From an uncultured Pseudobutyrivibrio sp. (lineage in GTDB: Bacteria > Bacillota > Clostridia > Lachnospirales > Lachnospiraceae): a DNA stretch of 47,837 nucleotides. Shown piece by piece: positions 1 through 8,806 of the stretch; position 1 is the stretch's first letter; each line of letters opens with the position of its first letter. The DNA is taken from assembly GCA_946548305.1 (NCBI GenBank), contig CAMNPQ010000001.1, positions 1 to 47,837 on the forward strand. Direction: 5' to 3'. A program made the translations under genes and the position numbers. The notes below the pieces were generated by a model, which did not search any database, was not told the origin of the DNA, and saw nothing but the letters and a program-made list of their open reading frames with translations.

Positions 1-113
1 CATGGTCCAAAGCATCTGATATGCTTTATATTCATGGTGTCCATGGCACAGCCATCAGAATCAATACAAACTATAAACTCTTTTTTCTTTTCAAAATCAT
101 CAAAACGTGACAT
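1..113 (-). CDS. HAD-superfamily hydrolase/phosphatase, N-terminal part (continues off the left edge)
   Basis: Not in the ORF track. Manual translation from ATG at 113 (GGAG RBS upstream): MSRFDDFEKKKEFIVCIDSDGCAMDTMNIKHIRCFGP. The hhhDxDG stretch is HAD motif I. Starts 14 nt after the GH3 stop. Confidence 0.8.
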   Translation of the reverse strand, partial: MSRFDDFEKKKEFIVCIDSDGCAMDTMNIKHIRCFGP

Positions 114-127
114 AACAATCTCCAATC

Positions 128-1852
128 TTACAAACGTGTTTCCCAGCGGTCGCACCACACTAATTCGTTATACTGCCCCTTAAACTCAGACTTTCCTGTA
201 AGCTTTTCCACTAAAGCATGTAAATATTCTGAAGTGTCACCATATGCATTAATAAAAGTCTTCATCATAGGTATGTCATACAAGTGATTTGTATAGTTCA
301 ATGAAACCGCTACTGTAGGCACTTCATTTACATACCATGGATTCTGGGCTGAATGAGATGCATCATAGGAAAGTCGCACATTGTTTTCCTTTGCATATCC
401 CTTCATGTTTACTACAAAAAGCACCACATCCGTGTTCTTTTTAAATTCCTCACGAGATTCATGACCCATGATTTTAAATTTATTGAATTTGCTTTGTGCT
501 TCCATTTCATATTCAAAATAATCCTTTGGAGCTGTCACATTAAAACCGGCTGCCTCAAGCTCTGATATTAGTCTGGCTTTTGCCTTGTCAGCCCCATCTA
601 ATAGGGTCACAGGAGCACTTTCAATAAAATATAATCTAAGATTCTTTTTTTCCTTTGGATTGATTGGAAGCAGCCCTTGGGTGTCTTTTACCAAAGTGAT
701 GCTAGCATCTGCAGCCTTTTTTGCAAGCTCATGATGGGCGTTGCTGCCCACTACCGAAAGCCCCTCTTTTTCAGGGAATTTCAGATTATTGAGCCCAAGA
801 AGAGCCTTCATTCCAATAATCCTATGAAGTGCATCAGACAATCTTTCTGCTGAAATTCTGCCATCCTTTATTGCCGCTTTCACATAACTGATATCCTCTG
901 CCAGGTCATTGAAAAATAAAATCATATCACAGCCTGCTGCAATAACTCCTGGTATATATTCACTTCTAGGAGCTGCTGCTGTAAGTCCCACCATATGACT
1001 GGCGTCTGTGAGAATCAATCCATTAAAGCCTAACTGCTCTCTCAGCAAATCCTGTAAAAGCTCTGGTGAAAGTGTTGCTGGCTTTATCTCAGAAGATTTG
1101 ATATCTGGGCGTAGCTTTCTTGAATATGCTGGAAGGCAGATATGCCCTACCATCATACTTTGAAGTCCGGCATCAATCAGCTTCTTATAAACCATTCCAT
1201 AGGATGCATCCCATGCTTCCACTGATAAATCATTGCATCCCATCACAAGATGCTGGTCACGTTCCTCACTTCCATCCCCTGGGAAATGCTTTGCCGCACA
1301 GGCAATACCTTCCTTGTTCATCTCTTCCATATACGCAAGTGAACGCTGTGCCACAAGCTCTGGGTCATCACCAAAGGCTCTGGTATTTACAATGGTGTTT
1401 CTCCAATTGGAAACCACATCACAGATTGGTGCAAAAGTCCAGTTGCAACCTATAGCCTTTGCTTCTGCTGCACCTACCTTTGCCATGAGCCTTACAGTTT
1501 CATCAGATTTATCTGCACCACAGGCTGCACCTGTTGCCACAAATGTGCCCTCAGAAACTGCTCCATTTCCTCCTGCCTCGCAATTTGCAGCAATAAGAAG
1601 AGGTATTCTACTGTGTTCCTGAAAATATTTATTTTGTTCGTACACTTCCTCAAGTGTACCACCCTGCCATCTGGCACCGCCAATGTGATACTCATTCACC
1701 AGCCTGTCAAGGCTTTCCTTGTCCCTTTGTAATGTGAGATTGATGAAAAGCTGTCCTATTTTTTCATCCTCACTCATTGAATTTATAGTGTCCTCCACCC
1801 ATTTAATCTGTTCATCATTCAAATTAAAGGGCTTTTCTTTAAGATTTACCAT
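128..1852 (-). CDS. GH3 glycoside hydrolase/phosphorylase, NagZ/Nag3-like subgroup (His acid/base)
   Basis: KHFPGDGSEERDQH motif (NagZ-type KHFPGxG...DxH), TDASHM nucleophile region, WTFAP..D and TRAFG; two-domain, 574 aa; no signal peptide. Confidence 0.9.
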   Translation of the reverse strand: MVNLKEKPFNLNDEQIKWVEDTINSMSEDEKIGQLFINLTLQRDKESLDRLVNEYHIGGARWQGGTLEEVYEQNKYFQEHSRIPLLIAANCEAGGNGAVSEGTFVATGAACGADKSDETVRLMAKVGAAEAKAIGCNWTFAPICDVVSNWRNTIVNTRAFGDDPELVAQRSLAYMEEMNKEGIACAAKHFPGDGSEERDQHLVMGCNDLSVEAWDASYGMVYKKLIDAGLQSMMVGHICLPAYSRKLRPDIKSSEIKPATLSPELLQDLLREQLGFNGLILTDASHMVGLTAAAPRSEYIPGVIAAGCDMILFFNDLAEDISYVKAAIKDGRISAERLSDALHRIIGMKALLGLNNLKFPEKEGLSVVGSNAHHELAKKAADASITLVKDTQGLLPINPKEKKNLRLYFIESAPVTLLDGADKAKARLISELEAAGFNVTAPKDYFEYEMEAQSKFNKFKIMGHESREEFKKNTDVVLFVVNMKGYAKENNVRLSYDASHSAQNPWYVNEVPTVAVSLNYTNHLYDIPMMKTFINAYGDTSEYLHALVEKLTGKSEFKGQYNELVWCDRWETRL

Positions 1853-1875
1853 GTGATACCTCTTCTTTGTCTATT

Positions 1876-3396
1876 TTAAGCGCGCTGTGCCTCTAACACT
1901 TTCTCTGTGTTTTCTTTTTCAACCTTTACATTTGACTCACGCTTGATTCTTGCAATATCCTCAGCAATGCTATCCATCATTTCCTTGTTAAGTGGATAGA
2001 AACGCATTGCAATAATGTTGCAGATATAACCTAATAGCAATACACCAAACATGCAGATGATGCCTACAACTGCAAGACCTGTTGAATAAGGTGTTTCAGC
2101 TGTTGGAAGCTCTGAAGATGAGCTAACCATTGCACATAATACACCGACTAAAAGTGGTGCAAGTGAAGAAATAAGCTTATCAATAAAGCTGAATAATGTT
2201 CCAATTAAACCTGGTACATATTTTCCACTTCTATATACTTCGTAATCTGTACAGTCAGCTGTCATAGGATATACCAAGCTTCCTGCAATATTCTGGAAAC
2301 CAGAGAAAAGCACCATGAGAATTACAAATATCAAACTGAATCCATTCCAGCCAGCGAATTTACCATCACCTGGAAGTGAAAGTACTGTAGGATTTCCAAA
2401 AATAAATAATGCAATTAAAGCTACCAGCATGATTGCTGCACCGTAACTAGCATATGTGAAGCCATTCTTCTGACCAAATTTTCTTGTGAAAATACCGATA
2501 CCAAAGAACAACATTATAATGCCTGGGATGATTGTGTATGTTCCTACTAAACCAGCTGCTGATGCATTACCACAAATGATTGCATAAAGGATAATTGCTA
2601 CTGTAGCGTTTCCGTTCATCTGACGTCCAAGCTTATCTGTAGAAGCACTGATTACAAGCATCTGCAAAGCTCTGTTGTGCTTTAACACTTCCCAGTAATC
2701 CTTTAATCTTATAGGTTCTGCCACTGCCTTACCTGTGCCGTAGAATTCTGGCTTGTCCTTACCTCTGATTGCCAAATAAGCGATTATTGTACAAATGAGG
2801 GATAGAACTGCTCCAAATCTCCACATTTCTGCAAAATATCCCATATCAAACTGGTAGCCATGCTTACCAAGAAGATATGTATAAGAATACAGTGGTGCAA
2901 GTGTAAAGAAAATTGATGATAAAATACCGCTGTAGATACCAAAGGTTGGTCTCTGCTTCTGATCACTTGTAAGACAGGTCTGAGCACTCTTTGTAACTAC
3001 ACACTGACAAGTATATCCAATGATATATACAGCATAGAAAATAACAAAAAGTATAAACTGTGCTACCTTTGGAAACTTAGGTGTTATGAAAAACATGCAA
3101 GCTGACATCACAAGCATAATTGCCTGACCTATTACTAAAAATGGTCTGTTCTTACCAAATTTACCATTTGTCTTGTCCAGAATAACACCAATGATTGGAT
3201 CTGTAACACCATCCCACAATCTCATGATTGTTGCCAGTGAGGATGCCAGAACCACGCCCACGCCTACGATGCCATTTAAATAATATGAGATGAAAATCAT
3301 CATCCACATATAAGTGTTTGTTCCCACATCATTGACAGCAAGACCAGCTATCTGCCACCATTTTGCTCTGTTAATACCGTCATTTCTTTGTTCCAT
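1876..3396 (-). CDS. MFS glycoside-pentoside-hexuronide (GPH):cation symporter
   Basis: About 12 hydrophobic segments; RLWDGVTDPIIGVILDKTNGKFGKNRPF and ADCTDYE are GPH/MelB-type motifs; AAGGAGG RBS. Confidence 0.92.
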   Translation of the reverse strand: MEQRNDGINRAKWWQIAGLAVNDVGTNTYMWMMIFISYYLNGIVGVGVVLASSLATIMRLWDGVTDPIIGVILDKTNGKFGKNRPFLVIGQAIMLVMSACMFFITPKFPKVAQFILFVIFYAVYIIGYTCQCVVTKSAQTCLTSDQKQRPTFGIYSGILSSIFFTLAPLYSYTYLLGKHGYQFDMGYFAEMWRFGAVLSLICTIIAYLAIRGKDKPEFYGTGKAVAEPIRLKDYWEVLKHNRALQMLVISASTDKLGRQMNGNATVAIILYAIICGNASAAGLVGTYTIIPGIIMLFFGIGIFTRKFGQKNGFTYASYGAAIMLVALIALFIFGNPTVLSLPGDGKFAGWNGFSLIFVILMVLFSGFQNIAGSLVYPMTADCTDYEVYRSGKYVPGLIGTLFSFIDKLISSLAPLLVGVLCAMVSSSSELPTAETPYSTGLAVVGIICMFGVLLLGYICNIIAMRFYPLNKEMMDSIAEDIARIKRESNVKVEKENTEKVLEAQRA

Positions 3397-3473
3397 TTTT
3401 TCTCCTCCTTCGGGTCGTCCCCATTCGACCTCTTGATGAAGTAATAATAGCTTGTAAATTTGGTAGTCACAAT

Positions 3474-3537
3474 TACTATATTTAGTTTTTATAGTATTAT
3501 ATTTTCTATTTTAATCACAATCTAAATATAGTATTAT
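3474..3537. promoter_or_regulatory. Candidate operator in divergent promoter (12-bp inverted repeat plus 11-bp direct repeat)
   Basis: TACTATATTTAG (3474-3485) and CTAAATATAGTA (3522-3533); TATAGTATTAT at 3490 and 3527. The region is very AT-rich, so chance cannot be excluded. Confidence 0.4.
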
Positions 3538-3596
3538 TATAAACAAATATAATATGTTTAAGTGTTATTAATAGTAATGAAAAAGTAAGGTAGACT

Positions 3597-4823
3597 ATGA
3601 ACAATGCATATATAGAATTTACAATTTCTTTTTTTCACAAATTAAATCTTGTTACTAATATTTTGAAAATCAATGAGCCGCTGCCAAATGATTTAGATTT
3701 AGGGCTCAGGAAATCCATTATAGGTGAAACAGAGATGTCCCTTCAGAATATGGATTTTTTACCTCCTGATTTTATAGAACATCATATTATATATTTTTCT
3801 GCGGACAAGTATAAATGTCACTATATTTTCATTCCTCTTCCCACCCCTGATAATGATACCGTCATGGTATCAGGTCCTTATCTCATTGAAAACACTTCCA
3901 TTGTAAAAACTACGGAACTGTGTAAAAACCTAAACATTCCATCTGGGCTTCACGCTTTCATGCATCAGTATTTTGCTACTCTTCCCTGTTTGCCTGACAC
4001 ATCCGTGATTGAGAATTATATTGCTACAGTAGGGGAGGCTTTGTACGGAACTGGAAACTACCATCTAGAATATATACATCAGACTCTAGATAGAAATACA
4101 ACTTATGTAAACTCTACTGACACCAGCGACAACGAGGAAATGATGAAGCGCATGGAATACCGGTATTCTTTGGAGCAAAAGGTAATTGATGCCATTTCAA
4201 GAGGTGATTTCAACAGTGCCATGAGAGCCAGCAGCGACCAGGCTCTTAGAAATATAGATAATCGCTCATCAAACACTTTACGAAGTAAAAAAAATAATTT
4301 GCTTGCCTTTAACACTGTTTGTCGTAAGGGTGCAGAAAAAGGCGGTGTTCATCCTATTTTTCTTGATGAAATGTCTCGCCAAATGGCTATAAAAATAGAA
4401 AATATGATAGTCTCAGAGCAAGACAAAAACGTACATCGTGAAATACTAAAAAGCTACTGTACCATGGTTCAACAGAATTCTACAAGTGGCTATTCTCCTA
4501 CCATGCAAAGAGCTTTGATTCATATTTCCCAGCATTTATTTGACACTGATTTGACATTGCAAAGCACATCTGAGGCGCTGGTGCTGAATAAAACTTATCT
4601 GGCAAATCTGTTTAAAAAAGAAACTGGAGACACTTTTACTGCCTATGTGAATGGTCGTCGTATAAACCATGCCATATTCCTTTTAAACACCTCCGAAGAA
4701 CAGATTCAGTCTATTGCCAGCGAATGTGGCATTCCTGATGTCACCTATTTCACCAGAATATTTAAAGAAGCAAAAGGAATGACACCTAGCAGCTATAGAA
4801 AAATGATAAAACAACAATCATAA
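3597..4823 (+). CDS. AraC-family transcriptional regulator (~400-aa type)
   Basis: C-terminal double HTH: YLANLFKKETG...IASECGIPDVTYFTRIFKEAKGMTPSSYRK. Confidence 0.95.
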   Translation: MNNAYIEFTISFFHKLNLVTNILKINEPLPNDLDLGLRKSIIGETEMSLQNMDFLPPDFIEHHIIYFSADKYKCHYIFIPLPTPDNDTVMVSGPYLIENTSIVKTTELCKNLNIPSGLHAFMHQYFATLPCLPDTSVIENYIATVGEALYGTGNYHLEYIHQTLDRNTTYVNSTDTSDNEEMMKRMEYRYSLEQKVIDAISRGDFNSAMRASSDQALRNIDNRSSNTLRSKKNNLLAFNTVCRKGAEKGGVHPIFLDEMSRQMAIKIENMIVSEQDKNVHREILKSYCTMVQQNSTSGYSPTMQRALIHISQHLFDTDLTLQSTSEALVLNKTYLANLFKKETGDTFTAYVNGRRINHAIFLLNTSEEQIQSIASECGIPDVTYFTRIFKEAKGMTPSSYRKMIKQQS

Positions 4824-4827
4824 ACAG

Positions 4828-4887
4828 AAATATTGTTATATTTTGTCATATCAGTTTCTATTGTAATAATCAAAATGTCCATATACT
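4828..4887 (+). promoter_or_regulatory. Putative activator site plus -10 box (shared motif, copy 1)
   Basis: AAATATTGTTATATTTTGTCATATCAGTTTCTATT (4828-4862), then 19 nt, then TATACT (4882-4887); close match to 11062-11094 on the minus strand. Confidence 0.65.
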
Positions 4888-4924
4888 GATTTCACAATCA
4901 ACAAAACCAAAAAGGAGATCAGTA

Positions 4925-6316
4925 ATGAAAAACGAAAACACAAACGAAAACAAGCTTTCATTTTTAGAGCAATTCGGATATTTCAGCGGCGATTTTGCTG
5001 GAAGCTTGGTAAACCTTTACATCAGTGCATTTTATGTAACATTCTGCAACTATGTACTAGGTATCAGTCCTGCATGGATGGCAACATTAATCTTTGTTGC
5101 AAAAATATGGGATGCCATCAATGACCCTATGATTGGTTCACTCCCTGACAGATTTAAAATCGGAAAAGGCTCAGATAAATTCAAGCCTTGGATTAAAATT
5201 TTTATGGTTCCACTTGCCCTTACAGGGTTGCTTTGCTTTACAGATACCACAAGCTTCCCAAGCGTGCTCAAGCATGCATGGGTTGCTGTTTCTTATATAC
5301 TTTACGGAATGGCATACACTGGTGTATCAATGCCATACGGTGCTATGGCATCTGTAATCACAGATTCACCAGTTGAGCGCACAAAGCTTTCTCGTGCCAG
5401 AGCTTTTGGTGGTATGGGTGTTGGAATCCTATTTATCCCTGTCATTTCACTTGCAATATGGGATGAGGCAGGAAATCCTAAAGCCAGCGGTTATTTCCTG
5501 ATGGCTGTTGTAGCTGGTGTTCTTTCAATCATTTTCTACCTATTACTTATTAATCTGACAAAGGAACGCATCCATCAAGAGCACAGATTTGTTGGAGAAT
5601 CTGCAAGAAAATACAGCCTTGGTCATGTAGTAAAGGAAGCCTTCACAAACAGAGCACTTATCGCAGTTATGATTGCCTCAATCGGTAGTATGTTTGCCAG
5701 TGCTCAGAGTATGAATAATTACCTGTTCAAAGAATACTATCACATGCCAAAGGCCATGGCAGCTTCATCATTCATCAACCTTCCTATGATGTTTGTAGCA
5801 TTTTTTGCAGTTCCTCGTTTGGCGAAGCTCATCGGTAACAGAAAGCTCATTATTTACTCAGCAGCATACAGCATCGTTGCATTTGTAGCTCTTTACCTTG
5901 TACCTATTCCAAACTGCTACGTGTTCATGTTTATCAGCTCAGTTGCCAACTTAGGTCTCACAGCATTCACCATGCTTGTATGGGCTCTTGTTACAGAATC
6001 AATAGACTATCAGGAGTTCAAATCAGGGGAGCGTTCAGATGGAACAATGTATTCTATCTATACTTTCTCTAGAAAAATCGGTTCTGCTGCTGCAGCATCT
6101 ATTTCCACTGCACTTATAGGCACAGCTGGTTTCGTTGCAGGCGCAGCTGAACAGGTGCCAGAGTTTGGTGAAAATATAAGAAAGCTTGTTATTTTAATGC
6201 CACTATTTGGTGCCATTGTAATTCTCATAAGTATTTGGTTTATTTATCCACTTACTAAAAATAAATCCGATGAGATGTACGCAAAACTTCACGAAATTCA
6301 TGAATCTAAAAATTAG
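4925..6316 (+). CDS. GPH:cation symporter (UidB/MelB-like)
   Basis: GYFSGDF, KIWDAINDPMIG, ERTKLSRAR and ESIDYQE..SGERSDG motifs; AAGGAG RBS. Confidence 0.92.
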   Translation: MKNENTNENKLSFLEQFGYFSGDFAGSLVNLYISAFYVTFCNYVLGISPAWMATLIFVAKIWDAINDPMIGSLPDRFKIGKGSDKFKPWIKIFMVPLALTGLLCFTDTTSFPSVLKHAWVAVSYILYGMAYTGVSMPYGAMASVITDSPVERTKLSRARAFGGMGVGILFIPVISLAIWDEAGNPKASGYFLMAVVAGVLSIIFYLLLINLTKERIHQEHRFVGESARKYSLGHVVKEAFTNRALIAVMIASIGSMFASAQSMNNYLFKEYYHMPKAMAASSFINLPMMFVAFFAVPRLAKLIGNRKLIIYSAAYSIVAFVALYLVPIPNCYVFMFISSVANLGLTAFTMLVWALVTESIDYQEFKSGERSDGTMYSIYTFSRKIGSAAAASISTALIGTAGFVAGAAEQVPEFGENIRKLVILMPLFGAIVILISIWFIYPLTKNKSDEMYAKLHEIHESKN

Positions 6317-6334
6317 ACTTAATGGGAGTATAAA

Positions 6335-7594
6335 ATGAACAAATTTATAATAAACACAGACCTTGGAGAAATCCAAGGTCTTGAATCAAAGGATAATACA
6401 TTAGAATTTAGAGGAATCCGATATGCTACTGCAGGGCGTTTTTCATATCCTACCCCAGTAGAATCATGGGATGGAGTATATGATGCAACCGAATTTGGCA
6501 ATGCATGCCCTCAGTTTAGAACATACGATGCTGAATCTGAAAAAGAGCCGAAGCCTTTTTACTATAAAGAATTTAGAGAAGGCATAAATTTTACCTATGA
6601 CGAGGATTGCCTTTTCCTAAATATATATGCTCCAAAAAATGTGCAAAAAGCACCTGTAATCATTTACATACATGGAGGTGCATTTTTAGGCGGCTGCGGA
6701 AACGAACTTCATATGGATGGAAGTGCCTATGCGAAAAAAGGAATTATTTTTGTTTCAATTAATTATCGTCTTGGTGTGTTAGGTTTTCTTTGTGACAGAC
6801 AGCTTGCCGCAGCAGATGGACATAGTGGAAATTACGGATTATATGACCAGCTTGAAGCTATCAAATGGGTATATAATCATATTTCATCTTTTGGCGGAGA
6901 TCCTCATAATATCACATTATTTGGACAATCCGCAGGTGCAATGAGCATCCAGCAGCACTGCTTTTCCCCATTAACAAAGCCATATATCAATAAAGTATAT
7001 ATGGCCAGCGGTGCTGGTGTGGGAAAGGATTTTGCAAAGGTCAGCCCTGTTGAAGAATCCTATGATTATTTTGGACGCCTTACCGAAAAATTAGGTGGTT
7101 CTATTGATGAGCTTAGAAATGCTCCTGTAGAAAAAATAATAGCTACTTTTGGAGAAATTATTGATAGAGATTTAATGGCTCACTGTTGCCCTCATATTGA
7201 TGGAATAATAATTCCAAAGGATCCAGCAGTTGCAATGGAAAATCACGAATATGCTAATGTTCCTTATCTCCTTAGCACTAACTCAGAAGACATGGCTCCA
7301 GAATTTTTACATGACATGAGCAAGGATTTTTGCAAAGCTGTAAATAAAAACGGGGGCAGAGCATACTACTTCTATTTTTCACGACAGCTACCTGGCGATG
7401 ACAAAGGTGCTTTTCATTCTGCAGAGCTTTGGTACACAATGGGAGCTTTAGAAAAATGCTGGCGTCCAATGACTGAAGAAGATTTTTCTCTTTCAAACAA
7501 TCTAATGGACGCAATCATTGAATTTACAAAAACAGGTGTTATATCTTGTGAAGCTTACGATATGCCCCAGGTGTCATTTGAAATTCAGCCTTAA
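6335..7594 (+). CDS. Type-B carboxylesterase (alpha/beta hydrolase)
   Basis: EDCLFLNIY, HGGAF oxyanion hole, NYRLG, FGGDPHNITLFGQSAG nucleophile elbow, AFHSAEL catalytic His. Confidence 0.93.
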   Translation: MNKFIINTDLGEIQGLESKDNTLEFRGIRYATAGRFSYPTPVESWDGVYDATEFGNACPQFRTYDAESEKEPKPFYYKEFREGINFTYDEDCLFLNIYAPKNVQKAPVIIYIHGGAFLGGCGNELHMDGSAYAKKGIIFVSINYRLGVLGFLCDRQLAAADGHSGNYGLYDQLEAIKWVYNHISSFGGDPHNITLFGQSAGAMSIQQHCFSPLTKPYINKVYMASGAGVGKDFAKVSPVEESYDYFGRLTEKLGGSIDELRNAPVEKIIATFGEIIDRDLMAHCCPHIDGIIIPKDPAVAMENHEYANVPYLLSTNSEDMAPEFLHDMSKDFCKAVNKNGGRAYYFYFSRQLPGDDKGAFHSAELWYTMGALEKCWRPMTEEDFSLSNNLMDAIIEFTKTGVISCEAYDMPQVSFEIQP

Positions 7595-8732
7595 ATAGCT
7601 TCACAAAATAATTGGCATCAGGGATGCCTACAGTGCCGCTTATCTTTTGTATTTCATCATTAGTTGATATCAAAAGATGGGCGGCTTCTTTTATTCTAAC
7701 CTGCCTTAAATACATTGCAGGAGTGTTGCCAGTCTCCTCTTTGAATCTGGAAATCATATAGCTTTCTGTGATATTCAATTCCTCTGCAATTTCTTTTACT
7801 GTAATATCATTCATATAGTTTTGATTTATGGAATAGATGATGCTTTGTGTCATGGCTGAATACTTTTTGTTTTTGATGATTCTGATTATCTCACAAAACT
7901 CTTTTAACATATTCTCACATGCTTCATCCATCTGTTTAGCATTTTGCGCAGCTGCTATGGCAGCAGACTCCTTCGTAGTAATTTTATGTATGATTGGAGC
8001 TGGTACACCTGCTTCATAAGCTGCAATCCTGCTCATTGCCCTATTTACAGCAAGTCCAAATTTCATATCCTGAATGGTAAAGTTTCTAGTCCACAAACCT
8101 GCAGCATTTTCCGATAAAAGCTTTCTATAGTGAAGTGTTTCTCTGGTGTTGCCTCTTTTTATTGCCTCCATATATTCACGCTCTGTAATATAGTGGGCTT
8201 CTATATTTGCGTCACTTACCTTTGCCAGCTTACTATCAGAAACCTCATCATTTTTATGTCCTTTATATCTAGTGTAGTGCTCGCAAAGGTTTTCTATACC
8301 GAGACTTCGCGTAATTCCACGAATTATTCTGTCCATCACATTTTCTGGTATCACTGGATATTTCCCATAGTAAATTAGTAAATCCTTGGCATCCAGCCTT
8401 TTTTTATCTATTTGATTGCAGGTCTGAATACACTGTCCAATAGTCATTTCTTCCCCAAGATAAGGACCAAGAGCCACAGGTTTATCATTGTAATAAAATA
8501 GCACAATCCTGATATGTAAAAGATCCTCAAAATGATTAATATAATCCGCATGGCTCTTGTCAAGAATAAGCTTTAAGGCATCCACTGATAACCATGACTG
8601 CTCCTCGATAGCCCTATTCTCTTCACAAAATTTTAAAACCGCTTCTTCAGTTTCAAAGCAATTGTATTCCAGCTTAAAAATGTCATGAATCAGATTCATT
8701 GTATTAGACAGTAAATTTAATTCCTTTTCCAT
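7539..8732 (-). CDS. AraC-family transcriptional regulator (~400-aa type)
   Basis: C-terminal HTH: SYMISRFKEETG...VGIPDANYFVKLFKAEFQMTPGAYRK; 3' end overlaps the esterase gene by 56 bp. Confidence 0.93.
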   Translation of the reverse strand: MEKELNLLSNTMNLIHDIFKLEYNCFETEEAVLKFCEENRAIEEQSWLSVDALKLILDKSHADYINHFEDLLHIRIVLFYYNDKPVALGPYLGEEMTIGQCIQTCNQIDKKRLDAKDLLIYYGKYPVIPENVMDRIIRGITRSLGIENLCEHYTRYKGHKNDEVSDSKLAKVSDANIEAHYITEREYMEAIKRGNTRETLHYRKLLSENAAGLWTRNFTIQDMKFGLAVNRAMSRIAAYEAGVPAPIIHKITTKESAAIAAAQNAKQMDEACENMLKEFCEIIRIIKNKKYSAMTQSIIYSINQNYMNDITVKEIAEELNITESYMISRFKEETGNTPAMYLRQVRIKEAAHLLISTNDEIQKISGTVGIPDANYFVKLFKAEFQMTPGAYRKLHKI

Positions 8733-8760
8733 AGATAGCTCCTAAAACATCTTCTGATAA

Positions 8761-8792
8761 AAAATAAAAGGGACTGAGTGTTCAGCCCCTTT
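8761..8792 (-). terminator. Rho-independent terminator after GH2
   Basis: Minus strand reads AAAGGGGCTGA-ACAC-TCAGTCCCTTTTATTTT: a GC stem followed by a U-tract. Confidence 0.75.
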
Positions 8793-8806
8793 AGTATATT
8801 ATATCA

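Noticed and set aside
128-1852. Calling the GH3 nagZ (peptidoglycan recycling)
   Set aside because: The DQH variant and glycoside-transporter context argue against it; no cell-wall recycling genes nearby
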